In this document: in pieces, positions 35,642 to 47,310 of the stretch
How the letters are laid out: the number at the start of each line of letters is the position of its first letter
How positions within the stretch are numbered: position 1 is the first letter of the stretch
Assembly: GCA_964106915.2 (NCBI GenBank)
Contig: OZ066919.1
DNA length: 64,000 nucleotides
DNA from: Podarcis gaigeae
Taxonomy: Eukaryota
Strand: one strand, 5' to 3'
Notes under the pieces: model-generated
What the model was told of the DNA's origin: nothing
The model's database searches: none
Seen by the model: only the letters and a program-made list of their open reading frames with translations
Position numbers and translations under genes: made by a program

Positions 35642-38049
35642 AAAATTGCATGACTAATTTAAGTGTTTTGTGAAAATACTCTGTAAGACAGTTCTTTGGC
35701 ATATCCCTCAGAATCATGTTCATTTCTTAATTAATAAGAAAGTAAATGAGTAGCATCAAATTTGTAGCATACTTTGGCAATGATGTCACAAAGTCAAAAT
35801 GGATTTAAAACCAAGTTGCAGATTATACAAATAAATTGTTTAATATAGAAAAACAATAACATTCATTTCATATGTAACATATATCTTGAAATACTGCATT
35901 GTCCTTCCATGTCTTCTTTTGCACCTAGGTCAGCCAGCCAGATGGAGAACTACTGAAACAGTCATGGTCTTTCTCTAAACACATACACACAGACACACAC
36001 ACACACGGAAGCTGCTGAAACTACAAAGGAAGTGTAGTTTTCCTCTCTTTTCCACATACAGTTCCTTTGGATCCAGGCCATCCCACCAGCTTGTTACAAA
36101 AACCTGTCATCTTCTCCTGTAACACGATGTAACCAGTGCTGTCCCAAGACACTTAAGCACCTGAGGTGGAAAATTCAAATGGTCACACACTGACACTGTG
36201 ATAAAGCAAAACAAAACCCAACCAACTCCAGCCAAGCAATTTGCTACCTGTCAGTGGCTCCCAAAATCTGTATCACAAGGTTACTATTTTGGTCTACCTC
36301 ATGGTAGAGCTAGTATCGGTTTAATTGGAAAGAGTGTCCTGTGTTTTCTCATAGGAGACCTTGCACCCTGATCCTGAGCATGTAAATTCCAAACTGACGG
36401 CTGATTGGGCCCAAGTAAAGGCAGGAGGCCATTGCCTTCTGTGACACTTTTCAGACCTGCTATTGCAAATGTGAAATGTGTGGGAGAGAAACCGGCAGCC
36501 AAAAAAACTCCAGGCTCAATCTCTCAGCTGGGCAGGGTTAAGAGGGTAACAAAGTCTATGTCCGCAGAGAAGGCAGGCTGGTGTGCTAACCATTGGAGCG
36601 CTGTGACTGGTTGAATCACCACCCTCACAATGGGTCAGGCTACAGTTACTATGGACTGCTGCTGGCATGACAAAGATGGGGGAGTTAGAGGAGGCGTGGG
36701 GAGGGAAAGTCCTCACTGAATTGCTTAAAGACATTCTTGATTTGATTTAAACAAAAACAAAACACTAGCAGGCTGGGTGGGTGGGTGGTTGGCAGGCAGG
36801 GACCTCCCCTCCCTTCCCCCTCTCTCACACTCGGGTGGGGAGCTTTCATTCTGCTAGGTCAGCCCTTCGTCAGTGGGAGCCAAAGTGTCTGTCATGTTCT
36901 GGCTTCCTTTCTCTCCATGAAAGGGTGGGCGAGACCTTTGCATTCAAAGCAGTAGCGGTTCTGGGAGGTCCCTTTCCTCTCTGGGTATGGGGGGCGGGGT
37001 GGAGAGGAGGACAACAGTGGCACTGATGTGCAGAGGCTGATCCCACTTCCTTCAGAAGGGGCGCAAGAGATCAGCAAGTTGGTTTTTAGACCGGGCCGGG
37101 AAATGAATTCTCATCTGTCCTGCTCACTCAGTCATTTTTGTCTCCAGGGCATCCCCTTAACAAAGCATTGTATTAACTATAGTATCTGATAGAGAATCCA
37201 CTTCCAGGGCTGTATTAGAATTGATGGATTGGGGCCTTTGTCCCATGTGACTGTCAGGTGTTCTACTCCAGCCCAATCACTCTCATTTTCCTTGCTGTCA
37301 ATCTAGCTTTAAAGCTACAGTCCCAAGTGATTCAGATGTAGACCAGATCCGCCACAAAAATATCCTTCCCTTCCCTGACGGTTTGGCAGACAGGTTGTGA
37401 TGCTGCTGCAGGAAATGCTCTCTGTTGCTCCAGACTTCTTCCTACTTCCTATATTTTTAGATTTGCACCTATATTGTTGTTTTGTTAAAGTGTACCCTTA
37501 AAATACGTAAAGTGTGAATGGGACAAACAGATGCTTGAAAAATAGACCTGTCATGTAGATAGACTCATCAGAGCTGAGATTGACTTTGGGTCCCTACTGA
37601 GTGTACGCTCTGTGGCAAATCTAGGTTTTTGCAATATAATGGGGTTTGGTTTAGCCACTTCTTTTTTTTGTAACCTACAATATGTTGGGAAGAATGAGAG
37701 TTAACTGTACCTTTAGTAAGTGGTGTGGCATAAACCCTCTTGTAACCAGGCCAGACATGGTTAAATATACAGAGTTGTCATTGCCTCAGACTTCAGGAAA
37801 AATAGTACCCATCCTCTCCATATTTGCTGCTCAATTTCCCTGCACTATAATGTCATGTAGTCAGGAGTCCAGTTGCAACAGAAGAACCAGTTGTACTCGG
37901 GAAGCCTTGCATCTTTGGCCTTTTTAGGTTCTCTGCGTGGGTTTGACTATTGCTCAGTACTTCTTAAAACAGTCACCTCTGATGACATTTATTTACAACA
38001 TTTATTTACCAACCCATATCAATTTGATACAGGCACCAGTTTAGAATTA

Positions 38050-38380
38050 TATTTAAGCACAATAAGAAATAAATACATCCATTAAAGCTGTAATAACATA
38101 GTAAGATACAAAATCTGCCAACACCTCTAAAAAGCCTATCTAAACAAGCAAACAAAGTCTTAACCTGGGTCCCAAATGCTAAAAAAAGAATATGCTCATG
38201 GAGAGAAAATTCCACAACTGGAATGCCACCCCCTAACCACCCCCCAAATGCCCAGTCTTTTGTTGTCACTGCCTTTCTCATGCTGACGGGCACCCAGAGA
38301 AGGACACAGATAGGATGTACACATACAGTATTAGGACTCGAGCAGAATGCTGGAACAGAATCATGTCCCATACTGTTAGA
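38050..38380 (-). mobile_element. degraded L2 3' fragment
   Basis: GGAGAGAAAATTCCACAACTGGAATGCCACC is similar to the L2 pieces at 2910-3160 and 47100-47310. Confidence 0.5.
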
Positions 38381-39059
38381 CCTGGTGCTAGGGTTGCTCT
38401 AGGAATGTCTTAGCTTAGGACTGGAGGGGTGATACTGGAATACAAAATCATGGATTAGAAAATAATCAAAAGGTCACCCAGTCAAACGTTCCTTTTCTAT
38501 AGTAACCTACATTCACAATTTCTTGTCACTTCAACTAACACAGAAATTATTTACCGGTACATATTACAGTTTGTAGTGTTATGCAAACAGAGACCAGGAC
38601 AAAACAAGATGCATTGTGACATGTGCATGCACAATTAATCTATTTCCCTTTTTTAATGCAGATGGTTCGAGTAAGTGAGCCAAACTATACAATGCTAGGG
38701 CTGTCAAGGTAGACACAGGCAGTTTGCTGTGGTGGGCAGGCTCTGGCAGGTGCTCTCATTTATTTATCATGATTCCATAGTCTGTAGATAGAGGGGGCAA
38801 ACAAGAAATGGCAGGATAGCAAGTATTCTTTATGGAAAAGATGGCAGAAAGCTGGCTAAAAAGAAACTCTCCTCCTTTCTACCCACACTCTGACAGCTAG
38901 GTATCTCTGGATCCTTACACAGGATGGCAGAATTCCTCTTCTAGGATTATAGGTAATTCAGCTTTGGTCTGTCTGGCAACCTCATAGTTAAAAGTGTTGC
39001 CCATTGCTTTCTCTCCTTTTCTCCCTCTTCTTTCCTTTTTCTCCCCCTCCTCTCCTTCT

Positions 39060-39340
39060 TTCCTTTTCAGAGTTGACAGGGGCAAAATAAAGACACTTTA
39101 AAAAAAACAATTTTGTTCCTTCTGGGAGTGATGGAGCGAGAGTGAACAAAGATTATAGCTCTGTGTGCTAGAGACCTTCGTAATGGGGGGAGCGGCAGTG
39201 ACATAATGGCAACCTAATGGCAGTAATTGCCCCTGGTTTTGACAGGGCCTATATCACGGCTCAAGGAAAAAAGAGATGTTTAAAGTAAAAATTTACACAA
39301 AATTATACGGTTTGGGGGGTGAAAACGGCTGTTTGTTTTT
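39060..39340. promoter_or_regulatory. candidate CNE preceded by a ~60-nt polypyrimidine tract ending in CAG
   Basis: Pure pyrimidine tract from 39007 to TTTTCAG (AG at 39069-39070), then unique DNA with TGACAG x2, TAATGG x3 and TAATTG. Confidence 0.45.
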
Positions 39341-39839
39341 TTACCATTCTGTGTTGGGGGATTTTATCTCCCCCTGTCCTTTTCTCTGGGGATGTTTCTT
39401 GGGCCCATGTTTGTTGTCCCTGTTTTGTACATGTGTATTTATATCCATCACTTAATCTACACAAACAATTGATCTCCTCTGAATTGTACAAGTTGTTGTT
39501 GCCACTGCTGGGAATGGCACTTTAATGTGCCTGCAAAAATACCACCTGTAGAGCTTTCCTTGGGATTGGTGGTGGAAACATGAGGTGTGCGCTAAGCCTC
39601 CTTGGTCCTGGCCAGAACAGCAATAGCAGAAGTTTGAAATGGAAGTTAAGCTTCATATTGATTTGCAGCCTTGATAGCTTAAGTGACTACTCTGTAAAGA
39701 GGACAACTGGGCTGAAATATGTGTTTCAGGCTCTGCCCACATAAATAGGTTGTTGTGTTGTGCAAATAGGCTTATGGCAGATGGCACTCAGGCAAATTAC
39801 TCATCACTGGAGCCGTGCAATTTTTGAACACTGCTTTGG

Positions 39840-40220
39840 TCCCACCCACGCTTGCAAATGAGGATTGTAGTGCACCTAGTTTCCCCACTTTCCGTGTGTT
39901 TTGTCACTGTGATGAGTCCTTTTAATTTTTTCAGCTTCGGTTACTTCCAAGTGGAAGTTCATTGTGCAAACTCAGCAGCATGTGCATGCAAGTGTCATGC
40001 AGGGTCTATATCAAATCATCATCAAAATGCCAGCCCATACTTTTGTTACATTTAATTCAGATTTTCACATATCGCAGAAAATTGGCTAAGTTGAAGATAA
40101 CCAGTTATAAATCTGCAGTCATCGTTGGTGTGGAAGTTCGGGCAAAAATCGCATTATTTTGGGCAGGCAATATTATCGTGTTTGCATGGTGATATTTTGG
40201 TGGGTGTTCTCTATCGCCAC
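39840..40220. promoter_or_regulatory. candidate conserved non-coding element
   Basis: Unique, CpG-retaining block with TGTCA, TGCATG and ATCAAA motifs. Inference only. Confidence 0.4.
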
Positions 40221-40441
40221 TTCTGCTTGTCCCTAACCTGAGCACAACCTAGCCATTTTGTTTCTGATGATTCAAATGTTTTGCTTGTTTCTGAAGGTAC
40301 ACCCAAAAGATAATTGCAGTACATGTACCAGCCTTTAAAAAAAATGCACAGGCCTTGCTCAAGACTGTTTTTGTAATATGTTATATATATATAATATTGC
40401 CCGATCAGGAGTTCCCTCTTCCAGTGTCTTGTGCTCTGCAT

Positions 40442-40901
40442 TGTGGCAAGGCAAGGCCCAACCATGGTGTAAGATATGGCAAGGGGGAAATGGTTCAGTC
40501 TGGACTCAAGGCAAGGCAGGGATCGGTCTGTCCTCTGGGGAACACAGAGTTCTGAAGTTCCAGTAAGGAACTAGCGGAAACTGAGCCCTTATATACTAGT
40601 TGCAGTAGCAGCAGCATCAGGTGCAGCCTAATTGTTGGTGCCACCTGTGCAACAAGATGCTGCTCTGTTTAAAGCCCTCAGCCTGTAAACTGCAATGGAG
40701 CAGGGGAGCCTTGGACCTTCTGCAGCAGTGTCCTCTGAGTCAGAGGATGGCCGTGCCAAACCCTCAGACTGGAGGAGCATTGACCCAGCAGATTCATCTG
40801 AGAGCGCTTCTAAGGCTTGCCCTGCAAACCCTTCCACTTCTGTTTCGGAGTCCTTGTCTTCACCCGCTGAAGATGAGGAATCTGACTCCAAGGTCATGAC
40901 A
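40442..40901 (-). mobile_element. putative solo LTR
   Basis: TG...CA ends (TGTCATGAC on the minus strand), internal TATATAAG on the minus strand, AGGCAAGGC repeats and ~460 bp length. No clean TSD was found, and the left end is uncertain. Confidence 0.35.
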
Positions 40902-40943
40902 ATTTGCTGTGTGAAGAAGAAGCAGCCAGAGTGGGACTTCTCT

Positions 40944-43290
40944 TTTTTTGTGTGTGTGTGTGCATAATTTTTATTGGTTTACAAAATCAAAATACAAACA
41001 AACATAACAATTCTCTACATATTCTATAAGAAGATGACTTCCTTCAGTCTTACCACGAATCGTCCATACTACTAATGAACATTATTTCTGCGTTTCTTTG
41101 TTTGTAATGCCATAAGTCATTTCCATTTGTACATTTCCTTTTGGACATTACCCTTTACCTCTTACAGAGCATCTTTGAAACCCACCAGTGTTATCTGATC
41201 ATCAATTAGATTTTCCAGATATTTTGTGAAACTTTCCCAGTCTTTGACAAACCTCTGATCCTTTATGTATCTGATTTTTCCTGTCAACCTGTCCATCTCC
41301 GCATATTCTAATAATTTCGATCTCCAATCCTCCAATGACGGTATACCCTCTAATTTCCAATTTTTGGCTATTAAGACCCTTGCTGCTGTTGTTGCATATT
41401 GGAATAGCTTATGATCTTTCTTCTTGATCTCCCTTCCCACCAGACCCAGCAGGAACGCCTCCGGTCTTTTAACAAAGGTATATTTTAACATTTTCTTCAT
41501 TTCATTATATATACTCTCCCAAAACCCTTTAACCTTTTGGCATTCCCACCACATATGGTAGAAAGTTCCCTCCTTTTCCCTGCACTTCCAACATTTATTG
41601 CTAGATCCGTACATTCTTGCTAGTTTTGCAGGGGTCAGATACCAGCGATAGAACATTTTCATTAGGTTCTCTTTTAATAACACACAGGCCGTGAATTTAA
41701 GGTGTTGGTTCCAGAGTTTTTCCCACTCTTCGAAATAGATATTGCGACCCAGATCTCTAGCCCAATGTATCATTATTGCCTTAACTTCCTCGTCAACTAG
41801 GTTCCAATCCAATAATTGTTTATACATTTTGGACAGAGTTTTTGTATTATTTTCCAAAATCTCGTTTTGAAATCTAGAACTCTTGTCAGCATAACCTTTA
41901 TCTTTAACATCTTTCCTAAACATTCCGTTTATCTGATGGTAATGCAGCCAGTCATACACTTGGGACTTAACCTGGTCGTACGGCCTCATTTTCCACTTTC
42001 CTTCCTCCTTCATTAATAGTTGTTCGTAAGTTACCCATTTGGCTCTCCTATCGCTCTTTTTAACCGCCATAGCTTCTAGTGGTGACAGCCATTGTGGCGT
42101 TTTAGGTTCCAAAACATCTCTGTACCTTTCCCACACTTCCATTAGAGGGCCCCTGAAGATGTGATTTCCAAATTCTTTGTGCACTTTCTTCCTCTCATGC
42201 CACAAGTATGCGTGCCACCCGAATCGATTATCGTGGCCTTCTAAGTCTAGCACTTCCGCCTCTTCTAGTTTTATCCATGTTTTGACCCAGCACAGGCATG
42301 ATGCCTCAAAATATAATTTCAAGTCTGGCAGGGCGAAGCCTCCTCTTTCTTTAATATCCGTTAATAGTTTAAATTTTATTCTCGGCTTCCTTCCCTGCCA
42401 GATAAATTTGGAAATCTCCCTGTGCCAGGTTTTGAATATTTTTGTGCCTTTGATCACCGGGATGTTTTGAAAATAAAATAGTATTCTTGGAAGTACCGAC
42501 ATTTTAATTGTGGCTATTCTACCCCAGAATGACAGTTTAAGTCTGCCCCACGTTTCTATATCTTTTTTGACTCTTTTCCACATTGTTTCATAGTTGTTTT
42601 TAAATAAATCTATGTTCTTAGACGTTACCCATATGCCCAGATATTTCACTTTTTTGGTTACTTCTATTTCTGTTTCTCTTTGTAGTTCCTCGATTTTATC
42701 TGCCGACATATTTTTAGTTATTATTTTTGTTTTCCTTTTATTTAATTTAAAGCCCGTTACTTCCCCATATTGATCAAATTCTGCCAATACCTCTTTTATT
42801 GAGTCGAGTGGATCTTCCATTGTTACAACCAGGTCGTCTGCGAAAGCCTTAGTCTTATATTCGTGTTGACCGACCCTGATTCCTTTGATTTCTTTATTAT
42901 CTCTAATGGAATTAAGTAGAACCTCTAGTATCATTATAAATAATAATGGGGACAGCGGGCATCCTTGTCTTGTTCCTTTGGTTACTATTATTTCGGTCGA
43001 CTCCACATTATTTATTATTAATCTTGCTCTTTGTTCGGTATAAATTGCTTTTATCCCATTGTAAAATTCAGTACCTACTTCCATATATTCCAGTTGTTTC
43101 AGCAGGAATTCCCAGTTTACATTGTCGAACGCTTTTTCAGCGTCCACAAATAACAATAAACCTTCTTTGTCGCATCTTTCTGTTAAGTATTCTATAATAT
43201 TGATAACATTCCTTATGTTATCTTTCATTTGCCTTCTTGGCAGAAAGCCGGCTTGGTCTTTATGAATACTTTCTACCAATACAGTTTTTA
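40944..43290 (-). mobile_element. LINE-1 (L1 clade) retrotransposon, 5'-truncated, young
   Basis: Perfect 17-bp TSD CAGAGTGGGACTTCTCT at 40927-40943 and 43291-43307. It has an uninterrupted ORF2 frame, a ~190-nt 3' UTR, AATAAA at 40970-40975 (minus) and a (CA)7 plus short A tail. Confidence 0.95.
41162..43288 (-). CDS. L1 ORF2 partial: reverse transcriptase plus C-terminal Cys/His knuckle (708 aa element-derived; no endonuclease domain)
   Basis: Motifs QAGF, DAEKAFD, GTRQGCPLSPLLF, FADD, YLG and CX2CX8HX4C (CWKCREKEGTFYHMWWEC). The first 37 aa of the tracked ORF (from the GTG at 43399) come from flanking host DNA and the TSD. The first ATG is at 43228. Confidence 0.9.
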   Translation of the reverse strand, partial: KTVLVESIHKDQAGFLPRRQMKDNIRNVINIIEYLTERCDKEGLLLFVDAEKAFDNVNWEFLLKQLEYMEVGTEFYNGIKAIYTEQRARLIINNVESTEIIVTKGTRQGCPLSPLLFIMILEVLLNSIRDNKEIKGIRVGQHEYKTKAFADDLVVTMEDPLDSIKEVLAEFDQYGEVTGFKLNKRKTKIITKNMSADKIEELQRETEIEVTKKVKYLGIWVTSKNIDLFKNNYETMWKRVKKDIETWGRLKLSFWGRIATIKMSVLPRILFYFQNIPVIKGTKIFKTWHREISKFIWQGRKPRIKFKLLTDIKERGGFALPDLKLYFEASCLCWVKTWIKLEEAEVLDLEGHDNRFGWHAYLWHERKKVHKEFGNHIFRGPLMEVWERYRDVLEPKTPQWLSPLEAMAVKKSDRRAKWVTYEQLLMKEEGKWKMRPYDQVKSQVYDWLHYHQINGMFRKDVKDKGYADKSSRFQNEILENNTKTLSKMYKQLLDWNLVDEEVKAIMIHWARDLGRNIYFEEWEKLWNQHLKFTACVLLKENLMKMFYRWYLTPAKLARMYGSSNKCWKCREKEGTFYHMWWECQKVKGFWESIYNEMKKMLKYTFVKRPEAFLLGLVGREIKKKDHKLFQYATTAARVLIAKNWKLEGIPSLEDWRSKLLEYAEMDRLTGKIRYIKDQRFVKDWESFTKYLENLIDDQITLVGFKDAL

Positions 43291-45909
43291 CAGAGTGGGA
43301 CTTCTCTGGACCCCCTAGAGATGTGAAGGCCTGGGGGGGGGGAGCAGAAAAAAGGGGAAACCCTGTTTCTGTGCCATTTTTTTTCTGGTTCCCTCCCACA
43401 CACAGTTTTTTTTAAAATGGTGGGAAATGCGAAAATGGGGACGGGACTCCAGACCTTGACAACCATAGGGTCCTTACAGCCTTTATCAGCATCTCTGGCT
43501 CTTTTGGAGATCCTATATCAGACAGCTCATACTTAAATGGTGGCATGGAAAAGCTTGATCTGAATGGTTTTTGTGACTAGGGTTCCTTAGGAAGAATGGA
43601 CCATTTTTAGTTTAGCCATTAAGCACATCAAAGCTGCTGTGCAATTATTCTAACTCCCTGAATGGTTTTCATCATTCTCATGCAGTAGAAAGGGACAAGG
43701 CTTTCCTGTAACACTTTTGAAACTGAGGAGAGATGCGTCGTGGCCTTAGCTCCTACTAGCTAGCAAACCAAATATGGGAAAAGCAATGATGGGGATAGGT
43801 ATGGGGAGCAGCTGCTGATGGTCATCTGGCCACATACAGTCAATATGTTGCCCACTCTGGTCTTTCGCAATAGCAAAGTTCACAAGCCTACTTACTTTTC
43901 AGCTATCCACTATAAGACTCATGTACTCCAAGTAGAAAACAGCCTAAGCTAATAATTTGGTTCCTGCAATTACTTCCAAAGTTGATAGGTCTATTTTTAG
44001 GACCTCTGATGTACATTCTGAGTAAACAAAGGATTATGGTACATATGACTGAAAAAATTTTGGACAATGCATCAAGAACAAATGTTTGTACTTGTGCTAT
44101 CTACACACTCCCATTTGCTCGGCACCCAGTGCATTCCCATTACTAGTTTGGGCAGTGGTGTACACATGCTATTAGCCGCAGTCCAGCTATCCTGTATCCA
44201 TTCTGTCATTTCTTATGAAATACGTACTGCATTTTGATGCATTCCCCCCTCCAAACCAGTTTTGATCTGAATTGAGAAAAAACACACAACCTAGTTGCAT
44301 TTTAGCCTGGTTACAATTTCAAAGTCCATTCATTTTTTAAGAAAGGATTGGAGAAAGACCAACATTAAATATTACAATCTCTGTTCTTGTCCATAGTGGT
44401 TTAGATATTTCTGGCGACACATGTTCATCTTGGAACTTGTGCTTGAATAGCTGCTGAATGTGCACCTGACTGGCTGTATGCAAGTGTGTGGAACTCATTT
44501 CCAGTCCCAGCTCAAAGGTTTGCACAGCGGCAGGAGATGGTGAGGGGAAAGAAACATCTGTTCAAAACCAAACACGGCCTCCTGTTAAATGGCCTAGAAC
44601 GCTCCTGCTGGTGGGGTCCGGGGTGGGAAAGTGAACCAATGCTGGGAATGTTATGTCTGGAGGAGCTGGATAGGGGGTGTATGTCCGTGGCAGGAGGGGG
44701 GCTCCCCCTATATCCTGAGAGCTGGTCACATCTGGGGAAGTCGTCTGGACCAAGTTGATGGCTCCCTCAGCTCACCTGGCTTTAATGACTCGTGATGCCG
44801 CAAGAAGTGGCCTTGTAATGGCCATTCCATGCTTGGCAAAGGAAAGGGGATGAAGGCAGCCTTGCTCAGATTTTTTTATTCCCATTAGGGACCTGGCACT
44901 TTTGCAGTAGAGTTGCCTACAGCTGGACAACATGAATATACACATCCCCTCATTTTAAAAAAAAACCAGATTCATGGAAGATCTGATAATTTATTAACAA
45001 TCTATTGTATGAATATTGCGTCCTGGATTGCTTCATCAATGGATTTCGGTTTGTTTATATTCTAATTGCTCATTTTAAAATATTTTTACATTATGGCTCA
45101 TTGCTCTCAGGATATTTTTATTTCACTAGATTGTGGGTGATTTTTGGTTAGGTATGTTTGGTCACCCTGACAGTATTCCATTTGAACGCTGCCCTAAGCC
45201 GGTATACTGTCATGAGGTGCCCTTTGAGTGGGCTGCAGCGTGATCACAGGACAGTAGGCCTTGGAGTTTTTTGGCTATATTCTCTGTACCAAAGAGCCCC
45301 CACTTTCACAGACAGTCATCAACCTTCATCAACCTTCTTGGACATCAGACACACCTTCAATCCAAACTTACATTTTTTTGCCATGGTGAGAATGCTGTTT
45401 TAGTGACCCACTTATGACCAGGTCTTGACTTGTCAGTTGGAGACCAATAGAGTATGTGGCTTTGAACCACAAGGTATCATATTCAAGTTTAACTAAACTT
45501 ACCAGATGTTAGAATCAAACCCGGACAGTAACTGGTGACCCATAAGGTTTTTGATGATCAAAATCCCAAATTGTTTGCATCAAATCATGACATCTAGCAA
45601 ATCTGTCTAGTACAGGTTGGGGAACTCCCATTCAACCTTCTCTGCAGTTTAATACAGAAGAAAGCCCTATTTTGATTAACAGGGAATGAGTGGTTGTGAT
45701 TGGATCACCATGCTAGAAAGTCTGTGATTGAACTAACTACTTGTTAAGAATGCCTAAGTTGTTTGTGATGCAGTTGCATCTAGCTTCTTTTATTTTATTC
45801 TTCTAGCTAACTGCTTCTTATTGCCTTCCCCTTGTAGGCTCAAAGGTACCTTCTGGTACCAAGTCCTTTCCTCCACTCATGTGCTTTGACCTCTCAGTTT
45901 GTTCTAAAT

Positions 45910-46600
45910 TTGTATTTATTAAAACATTTCCCTCCTGCCTGTCCACTTGAAAACCCACAAGGCAGCAAGCAAAACTTCATTAAAACCTAGTACAAATTTT
46001 AAACAACATTAATATGCTACAAGAAAAAATCTGCAGCCATTCAGCAGAGCATCGAGCTATCAAAAGCAGTAAATAAGTGGCAGCAGAATACACACAAGAC
46101 ACCAAAGGACCACTTGAAAAGGACCATCTTTGCCAACAGCCAAGACCATAACAGAGAAGGACTCATGCTTTGAGGAAGTTCTACAGTGTGAGCACCACTG
46201 CTGAAAAGGTTATATCCCATATGCCCATCCACTAAATCTCTGATGAGAAGATACATAGGGTGGCATTCAACTTAACTCTTAAGTGGGGTATGTGTGTGTG
46301 GAACAAGGCCTGCTCATGCAATGAGACTTTCCCTTCTTTCCTCCCCCCTGTGCATGGCCCCCTCATGTCCACCAAACCTGTTCTGGGAGTTTACCCAGTC
46401 ATCCAGAGCAAATTTAGGGGATGTGGGTGGTGGGAAGTCCTGTTCTACCAGGAGACCTAGTTCCACGCATGCAGCAACTTACTTGAATCCCACCCATAGA
46501 GCGGGGCCTCAATGGAAGATTTTAATGTGTAGGTAGGTTCATGAGGGATAAAGCAGTTGTTGAAGTATTCCAGGCCACAGACCTATTTGGCTATTTATTT
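45910..46600 (-). mobile_element. degraded, interrupted L2 fragment
   Basis: GGAAGTTCTACAGTGTGAGCACCACTGCTGAAAAGG and TGAAGTATTCCAGGCCACAGACC resemble the other L2 pieces in the window. Confidence 0.45.
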
Positions 46601-46669
46601 ATTTGACACATTTCTATACTACTTTTTGTCCCTATAAAGGACTCCAAAGGCCCTTAACAATGGCTGAGG

Positions 46670-46959
46670 TCTAGCTCCAAGGGCCTTCTGCCAGTTCCCT
46701 CATTGCAAGAAGTAAAGTTACAGGGAACCAGGCAGAGGGCCTGCTCAGTAGTGGCACTCGCTGTGTAGAACGCCCTTCTGTCAGATGTCGAAGAGATAAT
46801 TATACGACCTTCCGTAGATATCTAAAGGCAGCCTTGTATTGGGTTGCTTTTAGTGTGTTCTGTTCTGTTCTGTTCTTTTGTTGTCTTTCTGTATATTATG
46901 TTGGAAGCCACCCAGAGTGGCTGGGGCAACCCAGTCAGATGGGCAAGGTAATAATAATA

Positions 46960-46965
<6 letters not shown>
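46670..46965 (+). mobile_element. L2 LINE 3' end
   Basis: GGAACCAGGCAGAGGGCC..CAGTAGTGGCAC..GAACGCCCT, then the terminal GGAAGCCACCCAGAGTGGCTGGGGCAACCCAGTCAGATGGGC and a (TAA)n tail. The same terminus occurs reversed at ~23300-23360 and ~28470-28520. Confidence 0.7.

Positions 46966-47006
<41 letters not shown>
46965..47006. repeat. (AC)n microsatellite
   Basis: Seen directly. Confidence 0.95.
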
Positions 47007-47008
<2 letters not shown>

Positions 47009-47099
47009 AAAAACAAAACCAAGTTTAAACAACCAAAACAGTTTTGGAAAAAAAGTAGGATTAAAACATAGTAAAGGGTTGCTGGAATAAAAAAATACA

Positions 47100-47310
47100 T
47101 TGATTTCATTTAACAACATGAAATAGGAGGCCAATCTATTCTCTCTTGAGAGTGAGTGCCACAACTGGCATGCCAGCACTGAAAAGGCTCTGTCTCGCAT
47201 CTTTCTAGCTTTTCCTATCTAGGTGGCTGAACATAACACAGGGCCTCCAAAGATGAACCCAGTTGAGAGGCTGCTTTAAGGAGGAAGAAGCGATACTTCA
47301 GCTATTTTTA
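47100..47310 (-). mobile_element. degraded L2 fragment
   Basis: GAGAGTGAGTGCCACAACTGGCATGCCAGCACTGAAAAGGCTCTGTCTC. The minus frame reads RDRAFSVLACQLWHSL, an L2 C-terminal RAFS..AP.LWNSLP motif. Confidence 0.6.

Noticed and set aside
40628-40967. Acidic Ser/Glu/Asp-rich ORFs on both strands
   Set aside because: They lie in the putative LTR and have low complexity, no splice context and no homology that I recognise.
43291-43399. N-terminal 37 aa of the 745-aa ORF as a real protein start
   Set aside because: It begins at a GTG, lies in or beyond the TSD in flanking DNA and is unrelated to L1 ORF2. It is a chance open frame.
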